64,000 nucleotides of DNA from assembly GCA_021155985.1 (NCBI GenBank), contig JAJNBA010000002.1, positions 1,288 to 65,287 on the forward strand, in the 5' to 3' direction. The notes beneath the pieces were generated by a model. That model did no database searches. It worked only from the letters and a program-made list of their open reading frames with translations, and was not told where the DNA came from. The position numbers were made by a program, and so were the translations under genes. Shown piece by piece: positions 9,260-18,667 of the stretch (position 1 is its first letter; every line of letters starts with the position of its first letter). The stretch is from Actinomycetes bacterium. Lineage in GTDB: Bacteria; Actinomycetota; UBA4738; HRBIN12.

Positions 9260-9814
9260 ATGGCACGCTACGTCGCGCTCCTGCGGGGGATCAACGTCGG
9301 CGGGAAGAACCCGATCCCGATGCCGGCGCTGAAGGCGTGCTTCGAGGACGCAGGCTTCGAGGGCGTGGGGACCTACATCCAGAGCGGGAATGTCGTGTTC
9401 ACGGGTCCGTCCTCGAGCCAGGCCGCCCTGACCGAGCGCGTCGAGCGGGCGATCCAGAAGACGTTCGCTCACTACGAGGCGAGCGTCGTCGTGAAAAGCC
9501 GGAGCCAGATGCGGACGGTCGTCGACAAGGCGCCGGACGGCTTCGGCCGGGAGCCGGAGAAGTACCGATACGACGTGTGCTTCCTGAAGCCGTCTGTTGC
9601 GGCGAGGCAGGTGGTAGCCAGCCTCCCGACGAAGGAGGGCGTGGACCGCATCTGGGCCGGCAGCGGCGTCGTCTATTTCTCGAGACTCACGAGCCGAGCG
9701 ACCTCGAGCCGCATGAATCGGGTGGCCTCGTTGCCCGTCTACAAGCAGATGACGATCCGGAACTGGAACACGACGACGAAGCTGCGGGAGCTCCTGGACG
9801 CGGAGACCGCCTGA
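9260..9814 (+). CDS. DUF1697 domain protein
   Basis: MARYVALLRGINVGGKNPIPMPALKACFEDAGFEGVGTYIQSGNVVF is the characteristic DUF1697 N-terminus. Confidence 0.8.
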   Translation: MARYVALLRGINVGGKNPIPMPALKACFEDAGFEGVGTYIQSGNVVFTGPSSSQAALTERVERAIQKTFAHYEASVVVKSRSQMRTVVDKAPDGFGREPEKYRYDVCFLKPSVAARQVVASLPTKEGVDRIWAGSGVVYFSRLTSRATSSRMNRVASLPVYKQMTIRNWNTTTKLRELLDAETA

Positions 9815-9826
9815 GATTTCGAAGGA

Positions 9827-10771
9827 TCAGGTTGGCGTCGTGACGGTCGACGGGTCGCAGTTCCCGCCGGAGAGCACGACACACACACGCTCACCCGCCG
9901 AGACATCGAACGCGCCCGATCGCAGCGCCGCGAAGGCAGCGGCGCCTCCTGGCTCCACGATCAGCCGGACATCGTCCCACAGCGTTCGCTGCGCGTCGCG
10001 GATCTGATCCTCGGTGACGAGGACCATCCGATCGACGCGATCGCGGACGATCGGGAACACGTGATCGCCCACCCGGGCGGCGCCGAGCGAATCCGATCCG
10101 AGGCCGCCGACCGGCACGACGACCGGTTCGCCGGCCGCGAGCGCCGACGTCATCGACGCGCAGCCCTCCGGCTCCACGCCGATCACCCGGACCCGGTCAC
10201 CGCACCACGCCGCGATCCCCGCGAGCGGTCCGCCGCCACCCACTGCCATCAGCACGCTATCGACGTCTGGCACCTGCTCCTCGATCTCGAGCCCGAGCGT
10301 GCCGCCGCCGGCGATCACCTCCGGCTGGTCGAACGGGTGCATCACGAGTGCCCCGGTCTCGGCCGCCCGGACCTCCATCGCCTCCTGCGCCTCGGCCCAG
10401 TAGCCCTCGACGATCGTGACGTGCGCGCCGTGGGCCTGAACGCGCTCGACCTTCGTCGTCGGCGAGGTCGACGGGATGAAGACCTCGGCCGGCACGCCCG
10501 TCTCGCGCGCGGCGTAGGCGACCGCGAGGCCGAAGTTCCCACCGGACGCGGCGATCACCCCGGCCGGAGGGACCTCGCTCGAGAGCAACTTGTTGAATGC
10601 GCCGCGTGGCTTGAAGGACCCCGTGTGTTGGAGCAGCTCGAGCTTCGCGACGACGGATGCCCCCTGGAGCTCCCCGAGCTCGAGCACCGGCGTCCGCCGA
10701 ACGCGCCCGGCGATCCGTTCTGCTGCATCGCGCACGTCCTCGGAGCGCACCGTCTGAGCGAGCACGCGCAC
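9827..10771 (-). CDS. PLP-dependent threonine/serine dehydratase
   Basis: PLP lysine motif HTGSFKPRGAFNKL and glycine loop MAVGGGGPLAGI. 314 aa with no ACT domain. Confidence 0.85.
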   Translation of the reverse strand: MRVLAQTVRSEDVRDAAERIAGRVRRTPVLELGELQGASVVAKLELLQHTGSFKPRGAFNKLLSSEVPPAGVIAASGGNFGLAVAYAARETGVPAEVFIPSTSPTTKVERVQAHGAHVTIVEGYWAEAQEAMEVRAAETGALVMHPFDQPEVIAGGGTLGLEIEEQVPDVDSVLMAVGGGGPLAGIAAWCGDRVRVIGVEPEGCASMTSALAAGEPVVVPVGGLGSDSLGAARVGDHVFPIVRDRVDRMVLVTEDQIRDAQRTLWDDVRLIVEPGGAAAFAALRSGAFDVSAGERVCVVLSGGNCDPSTVTTPT

Positions 10772-10825
10772 ACCCTACCGGCGCGACCCACGCGCGTGAT
10801 CCGCTGTTCGCGGCGGTGACCTCGG

Positions 10826-11216
10826 CTACGGGGTGAGGCACTGATACATCACGGAGATCAACCAGCGCTCATCTTCGACCCGAGTCACGGAAGCCACGAC
10901 CGCAGACTTCCGTCTGGCTGCCGCAGGATGAACACGTAGGCGAGTTCGCCTTGCGCCCGAACGGCTCGGCCCGAGTGCTCGGCGGCCGAGTATCCGTTCC
11001 TCCCCGTCTCCAAGGCAGCCGCCAGCGCCTCGGTCGGTGTCGCGAAGCCCGAGCCGGCGGCGTGGTCGATGTGATGGGTCCGACGCCCCGTCCTTCCCCG
11101 CAGTCGGGAAAGCCCGTCGCTTTCGGGAGGCTGGAGATCGCCAGCTCGGGTCCGTCGCCGAGGCCGACGATGACGCCACCGATCGCTGCAGTTGCGATCG
11201 CGCTCGCCACCAGCAC
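10826..11216 (-). pseudogene. probable frameshifted small membrane-anchored protein gene (or two local indel errors)
   Basis: Three consecutive protein-like, GC3-rich segments sit in three different frames: (V)LVASAIATAAIGGVIVGLGDGPELAISSLPKATGFPDCGEG..., then HHIDHAAGSGFATPTEALAAALETGRNGYSAAEHSGRAVRAQGELAYVFILRQPDG, then AVVASVTRVEDERWLISVMYQCLTP*. No intact ORF otherwise explains the 538-bp gap. Confidence 0.35.
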
Positions 11217-11309
11217 AGCCCTTCGGTCCCTCGTGACCCTCCGAGCCGACGCTACCCCTCGAGACCCTCCTCGTCGATCGGACGAACGGGGCCTCCATAG
11301 ACTGGTCCT

Positions 11310-12584
11310 GTGAGTCGTTCCGATGACTTCTTCGAGCGCGCCCAGCGCACGACCCCCGGTGGGGTGAACTCGCCGGTCCGTGCGTTCGGGGCGGTCAGAG
11401 GCACCCCCAGGTTCGCTGTCCGCGGAGACGGCGCGTATCTCGAGGATGCGGACGGCAACCGATACATCGATCTGTGCCAGTCCTGGGGCGCATCGTTGTT
11501 CGGGCACGGTCGCAAGGAGATCGTCGACGCGGCCGCCGAGGCAGTTGCCCGCGGGACGTCGTTCGGCGTGCCCACCGAAGGCGAGGTGCTCCTCGCGGAG
11601 CGGATCGTCTCGATGGTCCCCTCGATCGACCAGGTCCGGCTCGTGTCCTCCGGTACCGAAGCGGCGATGTCGGCGATCCGTCTGGCCCGCGGCGCAACCG
11701 GGAGGGACGCCCTGATCAAGCTCGAGGGCTGTTACCACGGTCATTCCGACGCCCTGCTCGCGCGCGGCGCCGGCAGTGGGCTCGCGACGTTCGGCATCCC
11801 GAGCACGCCCGGCGTCACCGCCGGCGCCGCGCGCGACACCCTGGTCGCACCTTTCAACGACCTCGATCGGGTCGCAGCGCTCTTCGGCGCGAACGAAGGG
11901 AACATCGCCGCGCTGATCGTCGAACCGGTCCCCGCGAACATGGGCGTCGTGCCGCCCGACGACGGGTATCTCGAGGGGCTCCGTCTCCTCTGCGACGAGC
12001 ACGGCGCGCTCCTGATCTTCGACGAGGTGATCACCGGGTTCCGGATCGCGCGGGGTGGCGCCCAGGAGCGTTTCGGCGTCACCCCCGACCTCACCGCCCT
12101 CGGCAAGGTGATGGGCGGCGGTTTCCCGTGCGCCGCGTTCGGAGGCAGACGTGACCTGATGGAGCAGCTCGCACCGGTCGGCCATGTCTACCAGGCGGGG
12201 ACGTTGAGCGGGAACCCGGTCGCGGTGGCGGCCGGCCTGGCGGCCCTCGATCTCATCGACGCCGAAGACCCCTACGGGGGACTCGAGACCGCCGCGGAGG
12301 ACCTCCAGGCCGGCCTCGCCTTGGCCTTCGACGCCACCGGGTTCGCCGCCACGGTCAATCGAGCAGGCTCCCTGTTCAGCGTGTTCTTCTCGGACGGTCC
12401 CGTCCGGAACTTCGACGACGCCAAGGCCGCGCACCACGAGCGATTCGCGCGGTTCTTCCACCACATGCTGGACGAGGGCGTGTACCTGCCTCCATCGGGC
12501 TACGAGCTGTGGACGCTGTGTACGGCGTTCGGCGACGTGGAACGGGAAGCGGTGCTCGGGGCGGCCAGTCGCTTCCGCGACTGA
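11310..12584 (+). CDS. hemL: glutamate-1-semialdehyde 2,1-aminomutase
   Basis: GTG start. SRSDDFFERAQRTTPGGVNSPVRAF...YIDLCQSWGA...FDEVITGFR...LGKVMGGGFP. Confidence 0.93.
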   Translation: MSRSDDFFERAQRTTPGGVNSPVRAFGAVRGTPRFAVRGDGAYLEDADGNRYIDLCQSWGASLFGHGRKEIVDAAAEAVARGTSFGVPTEGEVLLAERIVSMVPSIDQVRLVSSGTEAAMSAIRLARGATGRDALIKLEGCYHGHSDALLARGAGSGLATFGIPSTPGVTAGAARDTLVAPFNDLDRVAALFGANEGNIAALIVEPVPANMGVVPPDDGYLEGLRLLCDEHGALLIFDEVITGFRIARGGAQERFGVTPDLTALGKVMGGGFPCAAFGGRRDLMEQLAPVGHVYQAGTLSGNPVAVAAGLAALDLIDAEDPYGGLETAAEDLQAGLALAFDATGFAATVNRAGSLFSVFFSDGPVRNFDDAKAAHHERFARFFHHMLDEGVYLPPSGYELWTLCTAFGDVEREAVLGAASRFRD

Positions 12585-12597
12585 CCGGCCCCGACGC

Positions 12598-13041
12598 TCA
12601 CACCAGCGTGAGGGTGGTGTCCTGCACCAGCTCCGGCTCGTCGCCGTCGGACGCCGGCTCGGTGGCGATGCAGAACGTCCCCACGATGTGCTCGCCCGCG
12701 TCGTGCGTCGGCGCGACGCGGCACCACATGCGCCCCTCGATCCCCGGGAGGCTGAACGTGACCGTTTCCCCCGTCAGCGCGGCCGCGTGGGCCTCGAGGA
12801 TCGGGAGGCTCTCCCCTTCCATCCCGAACGCTTCCAGGAGCTCACGGCCGTCGAGGAAACGAGGGTGGATCCCCAGGTGTTGGGACGCCACCCACGAGAC
12901 CCCACGGAGGCGGAGCGACCCGTCCGTCGTCCACAGGACCGCCGGGAAGTGATCCCCATCGTCGTCGGATGGGACGGGATCCCGGCGAGGTGGGGACCAG
13001 TCCACCGTGTCCGTGATCCCGATGAGCTCCCACTGTCGCAT
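12598..13041 (-). CDS. stand-alone PAS-like domain protein (hypothetical)
   Basis: I chose the ATG at 13041, which is preceded by GAGGAGGAGAGGG. The PAS-like pattern is ...LWTTDGSLRLRGVSWVASQHLGIHPRFLDGRELLEAF...GETVTFSLPGIEGRMWCRVAPTHDAGEHIVGTFCIATE. Confidence 0.55.
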   Translation of the reverse strand: MRQWELIGITDTVDWSPPRRDPVPSDDDGDHFPAVLWTTDGSLRLRGVSWVASQHLGIHPRFLDGRELLEAFGMEGESLPILEAHAAALTGETVTFSLPGIEGRMWCRVAPTHDAGEHIVGTFCIATEPASDGDEPELVQDTTLTLV

Positions 13042-13239
13042 GTCCCTCTCCTCCTCGGTGCGGCTCCCCTTCTCTACCCGATATCGGGTAGCAACCTCCC
13101 CGGGAGTATCGGCGAAGAGAACCAATTCGGCCTTCCCCGTGGGGCCTAGGGCTTCCGGAGGAGGAGCAGCGCCCTGCAACGGATGCACCCACCGCTGGCA
13201 CTATGGAGGCGAGAGTCATCGACGAAGAGAGGAACCGAT

Positions 13240-13755
13240 ATGGCAACAGAGATCGCGACCTTCGGCGCCGGCTGCTTCTGGGGCGTGGAGCATCTGTTCC
13301 GAAGGGTTCCCGGAGTCACCGAAGCAACCTCCGGCTACAGCGGGGGCTTCGTCGAGAACCCCTCGTACCAGCTCGTCTGCACGGACACGACGGGCCACGC
13401 GGAGGTCGTGCGGGTGACGTTCGACCCCGAGGTCGTCTCCTACGACCAGCTCCTCGAGGTCTTCTGGGCGATGCACGATCCGACCCAGGTGAACCGACAG
13501 GGACCGGATCGAGGCTCGCAGTACCGGAGCATCGTCCTCACCCACTCGGACGAGCAGCGGGCGGCGGCGGAAGCGTCCCGGGATCAGGTCCAGCCTCGGT
13601 ACGAGCGCCCGATCGCGACGGAGATCCAGCCGTTCACGGCCTTCTACCCGGCGGAGGACTACCACCAGCGCTATTACCTGAGGAACGGGCACGAGCCGTA
13701 CTGCCACGCGATCCCGCCGGGCCTGCTCGAGGACCTGGGACTGGTGCCCGCGTAG
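13240..13755 (+). CDS. msrA: peptide-methionine (S)-S-oxide reductase
   Basis: MATEIATFGAGCFWGVEHLF...GYSGG...TGHAEVVRVTFDP...DPTQVNRQGPDRGSQYRS. Confidence 0.9.
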   Translation: MATEIATFGAGCFWGVEHLFRRVPGVTEATSGYSGGFVENPSYQLVCTDTTGHAEVVRVTFDPEVVSYDQLLEVFWAMHDPTQVNRQGPDRGSQYRSIVLTHSDEQRAAAEASRDQVQPRYERPIATEIQPFTAFYPAEDYHQRYYLRNGHEPYCHAIPPGLLEDLGLVPA

Positions 13756-13795
13756 TCACCGTCACGGTTCGACCGCGGACGGGAGACCTGCGAGG

Positions 13796-14236
13796 CTGCA
13801 CCCGTGGCCGACCCTCGTCCTCCCGCACATCCAACCGCTGCTCGATCGCTTCGTTGAAGTCTGCTCGAACGACGAGCGGATCGTCGCGGCGTTCCTCGGC
13901 GGCTCCCACGGGCGCGGCGAGGCGGACGCGTACTCGGACGTCGATCTCTGCGTGATCGCGAAGGACGACGCGTACGAGACGCTCGCCGGCGATCGCCTTG
14001 GGTTCGTCGGGCGCCTCGGGACGCCGCTCTTCTTCGAAGACTTCGGGTTCGCGAGCCTCGTGTTCTTCGTCCTCGCCGACGGGATCGAATGCGAGCTCTT
14101 CTTCGGGAGCGAGGAGCGATTGGAGGAGCTCTCGCACTTCAAGGCTCCGGGCGTCGCGGAGGCGAACCAGGCGATGTATCCAGTCGCGCTCGAGGCAGTG
14201 ATGGTCAGCCTTGACGACCTCGTTGACTCGCGCTAG
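13796..14236 (+). CDS. nucleotidyltransferase-domain protein, start uncertain (no canonical start upstream of the catalytic motif)
   Basis: The frame is open from 13682. The NTase motif AAFLGGSHGRGEADAYSDVDLCVIAKDD lies upstream of the first ATG/GTG/TTG (GTG 13952). The only candidate start is CTG 13796, preceded by GGGAGA. It may instead be a truncated gene. Confidence 0.45.
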   Translation: MHPWPTLVLPHIQPLLDRFVEVCSNDERIVAAFLGGSHGRGEADAYSDVDLCVIAKDDAYETLAGDRLGFVGRLGTPLFFEDFGFASLVFFVLADGIECELFFGSEERLEELSHFKAPGVAEANQAMYPVALEAVMVSLDDLVDSR

Positions 14237-14901
14237 CCGTCTCGGAAGCCGACGAGCCTGTGCGAGCCGTCGCAGAACGGCTTGTTCTGGGAGTACCCGC
14301 ACCGGCAGAGGGTCTGGCGGTTGCGGACCTCATACGGCTCGCCGTCCGCTCCGACGACCCGCACCCCGCCGCGCACGAACAACGGCCCGTTCCGGAAGAC
14401 ACCGATCTCGGGCTGGTAGTTCGGCTCGTGGTCGGGCGAGTCGACCGAGTCTGCCCATGCGAGCCTGCCCGACGGGCAGAGTTGAACCATCCGGCCCATG
14501 CGCTCACGGACGGCGGGATCCAAATCACCGAGCATCTGCCATACGCCCGTGAACCGGTCCTTGCAGTAGCCGGCCTTCGTGCAGATCGACAGGTCGTCGC
14601 TGATGATCGCTCCGTCCTGAGCCTGGAACACGTCGGTCCTGTCGTCGCGTGGGCCATGATCCGCCCGCTCCGTGACGTCGACGCGTGGTTCCTCGAGGTG
14701 GCTGTCGTCGCAGAACGGCTTGTTCCCGCTCTTACCGCAGCGGCACAGCCGATACGTCTCGCCCGCTTCCAAGGGCTCGAAGGGTGCGTAGTCGACCGGC
14801 TCGCCGAACTCGGTCTTGACCGTCCTCGTCCGTGCGATCGGCAGCGGACCCTTCACTTCGTAAGGGCCGTTCTCCTCGATCCGGATCTCCGGTTCCGACA
14901 T
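14233..14901 (-). CDS. CDGSH iron-sulfur domain protein (two CDGSH motifs plus a central Cys cluster)
   Basis: Start ATG 14901 after GGGAGGA. Motifs CRCGKSGNKPFCDDSH and CRCGYSQNKPFCDGSH, with a central C..C....LCPSG block. Confidence 0.85.
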   Translation of the reverse strand: MSEPEIRIEENGPYEVKGPLPIARTRTVKTEFGEPVDYAPFEPLEAGETYRLCRCGKSGNKPFCDDSHLEEPRVDVTERADHGPRDDRTDVFQAQDGAIISDDLSICTKAGYCKDRFTGVWQMLGDLDPAVRERMGRMVQLCPSGRLAWADSVDSPDHEPNYQPEIGVFRNGPLFVRGGVRVVGADGEPYEVRNRQTLCRCGYSQNKPFCDGSHRLVGFRDG

Positions 14902-14972
14902 GGGCGGCATCCTCCCACGTCGTACCATCCCCCGTGAACCCAGGTCCGCGCCGGGTGACAAGGAGGTGCGGC

Positions 14973-15344
14973 GTGGCTGAGGACACGATCGACCAGTACA
15001 CGAAGGCCCTCGGTGATTGGCGCGGGGAGATCGTCGGTGAGCTCGACGCACTGATCCGCCGCGCGGCTCCGAAGGCGACCGGCTCGATCAAATGGGCCCA
15101 GCCCGTCTACGAGCAGGACGGCCCCTTCGCGTACGTCAAGGCGTTCGCCTCGGCCGTCAACCTCGGGTTCTGGCGGGGTGCCGACCTCACGGACGCCGAT
15201 GGCCGCCTCGAGGGGACCGGCGACCGGATGCGTCACGTGAAGATCCGGGGGCCCGAGGACGTCGACAAGGCGCGGTTCACCGCCTGGGTCAAGGAAGCCG
15301 TCTCGCTCAACGCCGAGAAGGGCGACCCCACGAAGGCCCGCTAG
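14973..15344 (+). CDS. DUF1801 (YdhG-like) domain protein
   Basis: GTG 14973 lies 6 nt after AAGGAGG. ...IKWAQPVYEQDGPFAYVKAFASAVNLGFWRGADL...RHVKI is a DUF1801-like pattern. Confidence 0.75.
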   Translation: MAEDTIDQYTKALGDWRGEIVGELDALIRRAAPKATGSIKWAQPVYEQDGPFAYVKAFASAVNLGFWRGADLTDADGRLEGTGDRMRHVKIRGPEDVDKARFTAWVKEAVSLNAEKGDPTKAR

Positions 15345-15395
15345 CTCGCGGAGGGTTCTCGATTCGGTCCCACCGTCCCGGTATCCTCCGAACGC

Positions 15396-17432
15396 GTGTT
15401 CGATGAGCTGAACCCGGAGCAGGAAGCCGCCGTCCGTCACGGCGACGGACCGCTCCTCGTCGTTGCCGGGGCCGGCAGCGGCAAGACGATGACCCTGGCG
15501 GCGCGGGTGGCCTCGCTGATCGAGCGCGGGACGAGGCCCGAGCGCATCCTTCTCCTCACGTTCAGTCGCCGCGGGGCGAGGGAGATGCTGTCGCGTGCCG
15601 AGCGGCTCACCGAGAAGGGCGACGCCGGCCGCGTGTGGGGTGGCACGTTCCACGCGGTGGGGAACCGACTCCTCCGCCTCCACGGCCGGGTGCTCGGGCT
15701 CACGCCCGACTTCACCGTCCTCGACCAGGCGGACGGCGCCGACGTGATGAACCTCCTCCGCGACGAACTCGGCTATTCGTCCCGCGAGCGGCGCTTCCCG
15801 CGCAAGGACACCCTGGCGGCGATCTACTCACGGACCGTGAACGCCGGCGAGCGGCTCGTCGACGTCCTGAAGGGTCACTATCCGTGGTGCCTGGACGAAG
15901 CCGAAGGCATCGTCGACATCTTCCGCGCCTACACGGAACGCAAGCGCCGACAGCATGTCCTCGACTACGACGACCTCCTGCTGTTCTGGAAGGCCCTCGC
16001 GACCTCGCCGGCCACACGGGCGCAGCTCGCCACGATGTTCGACCACGTCCTCGTCGACGAGTACCAGGACACGAACGCGCTCCAGGCCGACATCCTCGAG
16101 GGCATGCGCCCGTCCGACGGCCCTCGGAACCTCACGGTCGTCGGAGACGACGCCCAGGCGATCTACGGGTTCCGCGCCGCCACCGTCAAGAACATCCTGG
16201 AGTTCCCCGAGCGATTCCCGGGTACGACGGTGATCAAGCTCGAGCGGAACTACCGGTCGACGCCGCCGATCCTCGCGGCGTCGAACGCGGTGATCGCGCT
16301 CAGCCCGCAGCGGCACGAGAAGACGCTCTGGTCCTCGCGCGAAAGTGAGTTGCTCCCCGTGCTCCGCGCCTGCCTCGACGAAGCCGAGCAGAGCGACGCC
16401 GTGTGCCGGACCGTCCTCGGGCATCGGGAGGAAGGGGTCCCCCTGAAGGCGCAGGCCGTCCTGTTCCGCGCCGCCCACCACTCCGATCATCTCGAGGTCG
16501 AGCTCGCCCGCCGGAATATCCCGTTCGTGAAGTACGGCGGCCTGAAGTTCATGGAGGGGGCGCACGTCAAGGACGCGCTCGCGTTCCTGCGGATCCTCGA
16601 GAATCCGTTCGACGAGGTCAGCTGGTTCCGCGTCCTCCAGCTCCTGGAGGGGATGGGTCCGGCATCGGCGCGTCGGCTGATGGACGACCTCGAGGTCCGG
16701 CGGATCGACGACGCGGAGGCGGCCTCGCCCCTCGCTCGCTTCCTGGAAGAGCCACTCGCGGTGCCGAAGGCCGCGGCGCAGGGCATCCGGGACATCAGGA
16801 CGGCGCTCGGCGACTGCCTCGACGCCGACGCGCTTCCCCCCGCCGGCCAGCTCGCCCGGCTCCGGACGTTCCTCGAGCCCCTGATCGCGAGGAAGTACGA
16901 CGCCGCCGCGTCCCGCACGCGTGACCTCGAGCAGCTCGAGCTGCTCGCCTCGGAGTCCGCATCCCGCGGGCAGTTCCTCGCCGATCTGACGCTCGACCCG
17001 CCGTCGTCCACCGGTGACCTCGCCGGGCCGCCGCACCTCGACGAGGACTACCTGATCCTGTCGACGATCCATTCGGCGAAGGGGCTCGAGTGGGACGTGG
17101 TCCACGTGATCCACGCGGCCGACGGCATGATCCCCTCGGACATGTCCACTGGCGACGACGACGAGATCGAGGAGGAGCGGCGCCTCCTGTACGTGGCGCT
17201 CACGCGGGCGCGGGACGCGCTCCACGTGACGTACCCCCAGCGGTACTACCGGCGGCCGCGAGGCCTCGAGGACTCGCACTCGTATTCCCAACGCTCGCGG
17301 TTCCTGCCGGACGAGGTCCTCTTGCACTTCGAGGTGGTCGGCCCGCAGGTCGTGCCGGTCCCCGACGTCCCCGAGCCCGTCACCGCGGCAGCCGACGTGG
17401 ACGCGTTCCTCGCCGGTCTCTGGGCCGACTGA
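15396..17432 (+). CDS. UvrD/Rep/PcrA-family ATP-dependent DNA helicase
   Basis: LNPEQEAAVRHGDGPLLVVAGAGSGKT (motif I), VLVDEYQDTN (II), GDDAQAIYGFRAA (III), YRST, ...STIHSAKGLEWDVV...LLYVALTRAR. Confidence 0.9.
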   Translation: MFDELNPEQEAAVRHGDGPLLVVAGAGSGKTMTLAARVASLIERGTRPERILLLTFSRRGAREMLSRAERLTEKGDAGRVWGGTFHAVGNRLLRLHGRVLGLTPDFTVLDQADGADVMNLLRDELGYSSRERRFPRKDTLAAIYSRTVNAGERLVDVLKGHYPWCLDEAEGIVDIFRAYTERKRRQHVLDYDDLLLFWKALATSPATRAQLATMFDHVLVDEYQDTNALQADILEGMRPSDGPRNLTVVGDDAQAIYGFRAATVKNILEFPERFPGTTVIKLERNYRSTPPILAASNAVIALSPQRHEKTLWSSRESELLPVLRACLDEAEQSDAVCRTVLGHREEGVPLKAQAVLFRAAHHSDHLEVELARRNIPFVKYGGLKFMEGAHVKDALAFLRILENPFDEVSWFRVLQLLEGMGPASARRLMDDLEVRRIDDAEAASPLARFLEEPLAVPKAAAQGIRDIRTALGDCLDADALPPAGQLARLRTFLEPLIARKYDAAASRTRDLEQLELLASESASRGQFLADLTLDPPSSTGDLAGPPHLDEDYLILSTIHSAKGLEWDVVHVIHAADGMIPSDMSTGDDDEIEEERRLLYVALTRARDALHVTYPQRYYRRPRGLEDSHSYSQRSRFLPDEVLLHFEVVGPQVVPVPDVPEPVTAAADVDAFLAGLWAD

Positions 17433-17510
17433 ACCCGACCGGGCGGGTGTCCGTAGACCCATCAATCGCGGAGGCCCCCCGACCCGCCTCCGCTGTTGGG
17501 AGGGATCGGC

Positions 17511-17954
17511 ATGCACCATCGACGCACGATCGCAACACTGATCGGCGTGAGCGCCCTCGTGATGACGCTGGCGCTCGCTCCGATGGCCCAGGCCGTCACG
17601 CGGATCACGGTCACGATGACCGGCGCCGCCGAGCGGCCCGGACCCGGTGATCCCGACGGATCGGGGACCGCGTCCTTCACGATCAATCGCGGTCTCGGCG
17701 AGGTCTGCTGGGAGATCGAGGTCACGGGCATCACGCTGCCGTCGATCGGCGCCCACATCCACGTCGCCCCGGTGACGGATCCGGGTCCGATCGTGGTCCA
17801 TCTGACCGCTCCCGACGCGACGGGCGTGTCGAGCGGATGCACGACCGTCGATCCGGCGCTCGCGAAGGCGATCTCCAAGAACCCGGCTGCGTTCTACGTG
17901 AACGTTCACACCACGGACTTCCAGCCGGGAGCGATCCGAGCGCAGCTCGGCTGA
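17511..17954 (+). CDS. secreted CHRD domain protein
   Basis: ATG after GGGAGGG. Signal peptide ...LALAPMAQA. CHRD pattern GSGTASFTI...CWEIEVTGI...GAHIHVAP...FYVNVHTTDFQPGAIRAQL. Confidence 0.8.
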   Translation: MHHRRTIATLIGVSALVMTLALAPMAQAVTRITVTMTGAAERPGPGDPDGSGTASFTINRGLGEVCWEIEVTGITLPSIGAHIHVAPVTDPGPIVVHLTAPDATGVSSGCTTVDPALAKAISKNPAAFYVNVHTTDFQPGAIRAQLG

Positions 17955-18019
17955 ATCCGACCGGTTCGCGGTCCGGCGGCCCGGAGGGGACCGCCGGACC
18001 TTGCCTCTATCCTTGGGGC

Positions 18020-18667
18020 GTGGAAGGCGCACTGCTCGATCTGTACGACACCGTCGCGAGGACCCGCTGGCGTGAGCTGTCCGATCGGATCTCCGGTGAG
18101 CTGGGCGTCGACGTCGCGGCGCTCTACCGTGCCTACGGCCTCACGAGAGCGGAGCGGAGCATCGGCGCTTTCGACGGGCCGGAGGGCGACATGGCGGCGA
18201 TCGTCGAGGCGGCCGGGATCGGATCGACACCCGAGCTGATCGACTCGCTCGTCGCCTTGGAGCGGCGGTTCACGGAAACTGGCGTCGAGCTCTGGGAGGA
18301 CTCGCTGCCCGTCGTCTACGAGCTCCGGCAACGGGGCATCAAGACGGCACTCGTCAGCAACTGCTCGCATTCGACCCGGGGGATCGTCGACCGGCTCGGC
18401 CTCGTCGATGCCTTCGACGAGGTCGTGCTGTCGTTCGAGGTCGGGCTCCGCAAGCCCGACCCTGCGATCTACCGCGAGGCGTTGCGACGGGTGGGCGTCG
18501 AGCCGGACCGGGCCGTCTTCGTCGACGATCAGGAGGAGTACTGCGACGGAGCCGCTTCGATCGGGATCGAGACCTACTTGATCGACCGGACCGGTGACGC
18601 CACGCCCGACGAGAACGGACACCGGGTGATCCGGGACCTTCGGGCGCTCCTAGCCGTAGACGCTTGA
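18020..18667 (+). CDS. HAD-superfamily hydrolase
   Basis: I chose the in-frame GTG at 18020, giving VEGALLDLYDTV (DxDxT-like motif I). ...ALVSNCS (motif II)...FVDDQ (motif IV). Confidence 0.75.
   Translation: MEGALLDLYDTVARTRWRELSDRISGELGVDVAALYRAYGLTRAERSIGAFDGPEGDMAAIVEAAGIGSTPELIDSLVALERRFTETGVELWEDSLPVVYELRQRGIKTALVSNCSHSTRGIVDRLGLVDAFDEVVLSFEVGLRKPDPAIYREALRRVGVEPDRAVFVDDQEEYCDGAASIGIETYLIDRTGDATPDENGHRVIRDLRALLAVDA

Noticed and set aside
17467-17493. GCGGAGG(C)...(G)CCTCCGC hairpin after the helicase gene, as a possible terminator. Similar GC hairpins occur at ~26838-26854 and ~29131-29151.
   Set aside because: The stems are only 6-8 bp and have no U-tract. They are too weak to call as terminators, though they may still be functional in actinobacteria.
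15828-18032. 734-aa - strand ORF opposite the UvrD-like helicase and CHRD genes.
   Set aside because: The same antisense artefact: no recognisable motifs, while the sense strand carries all the helicase motifs.
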